Source: Eukaryota sp. TZLM1-RC
Lineage: Eukaryota > Protista > Metamonada: BaSk clade
NCBI GenBank assembly: GCA_040285825.1
Contig: JAUPSS010000003.1
Location: forward strand, 1,302,001 to 1,366,000
DNA length: 64,000 bases
Direction of reading: 5' to 3'
The notes below the pieces were generated by a model. The model made no database searches. It was given only the letters and a program-made list of their open reading frames with translations, and was not told the origin of the DNA. Both the position numbers and the translations under genes were made by a program. Positions 63,675-64,000 of this stretch are shown piece after piece; position 1 is the stretch's first letter, and each line of letters starts with the position of its first letter.

Positions 63675-64000
63675 AAGATGATAACGCCTAATTGTTTGAA
63701 GTATTGATGATAATCAATTTCATGAAACTAAGAGAACAAACCCTGGAATATTCTCAAAGTACATCACCTGTCTACTTCATTACAGTAATTGAATTAACCG
63801 AATGTTCCAGTTTTTGTAGATCCAATCAATGAGTAACACGTTGCTTCTAGTGGCGTCAGATTGAATAATTGTAGAGCCCATTTGTTCTTGATTTTGGATT
63901 TGCTAATTTTATTTAAAATAAAATTCAGTTTACGCTTTTTTTTCTTCATTGTTTTTCTACAAAGGTTTAATTCAAATTTCATAATGTCATTCAAAAACAA

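Noticed and set aside
1-64000. Alternative genetic code explaining the many in-frame stops
   Set aside because: Conserved host genes are open in the standard code; stops are confined to decayed elements and fragments and occur together with frameshifts
63700-64000. Possible Fanzor fragment on the - strand (LFNLTPL)
   Set aside because: Single weak motif, truncated by the window edge

Overview
This is AT-rich eukaryotic DNA from a gene-compact, protist-like genome with very short GT-AG introns (29-32 nt); the organism cannot be identified from the window alone. About a dozen host genes are present: LSG1, a small secreted protein, a RING/NPF protein, kinesin-8, an AZUL fragment, an ARM protein, an ARFRP1-like GTPase, a MAPK, CHMP7, a PAAF1-like WD40 protein and one unknown. 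They are separated by dense mobile DNA: many truncated CRE-like non-LTR retrotransposons (RT plus restriction-like endonuclease), a Ty3/gypsy chromovirus with a small nested LTR element, an ~11-kb-period duplication, and at least 12 Fanzor (eukaryotic TnpB-like) loci from several families. Two patterns stand out. (1) In three divergent loci a PolB-type DEDDy 3'-5' exonuclease sits N-terminal to Fanzor; the fusion is in frame in two of them, one preceded by a 2A StopGo peptide and the other by LSGG plus a Ulp1/SENP8-type protease. (2) Fanzor 3' (omega-RNA) ends repeatedly lie about 30-90 nt upstream of host start codons in the same orientation. All Fanzor copies here carry stops or frameshifts. 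All calls come from motif recognition by eye, and mobile-element boundaries are approximate.
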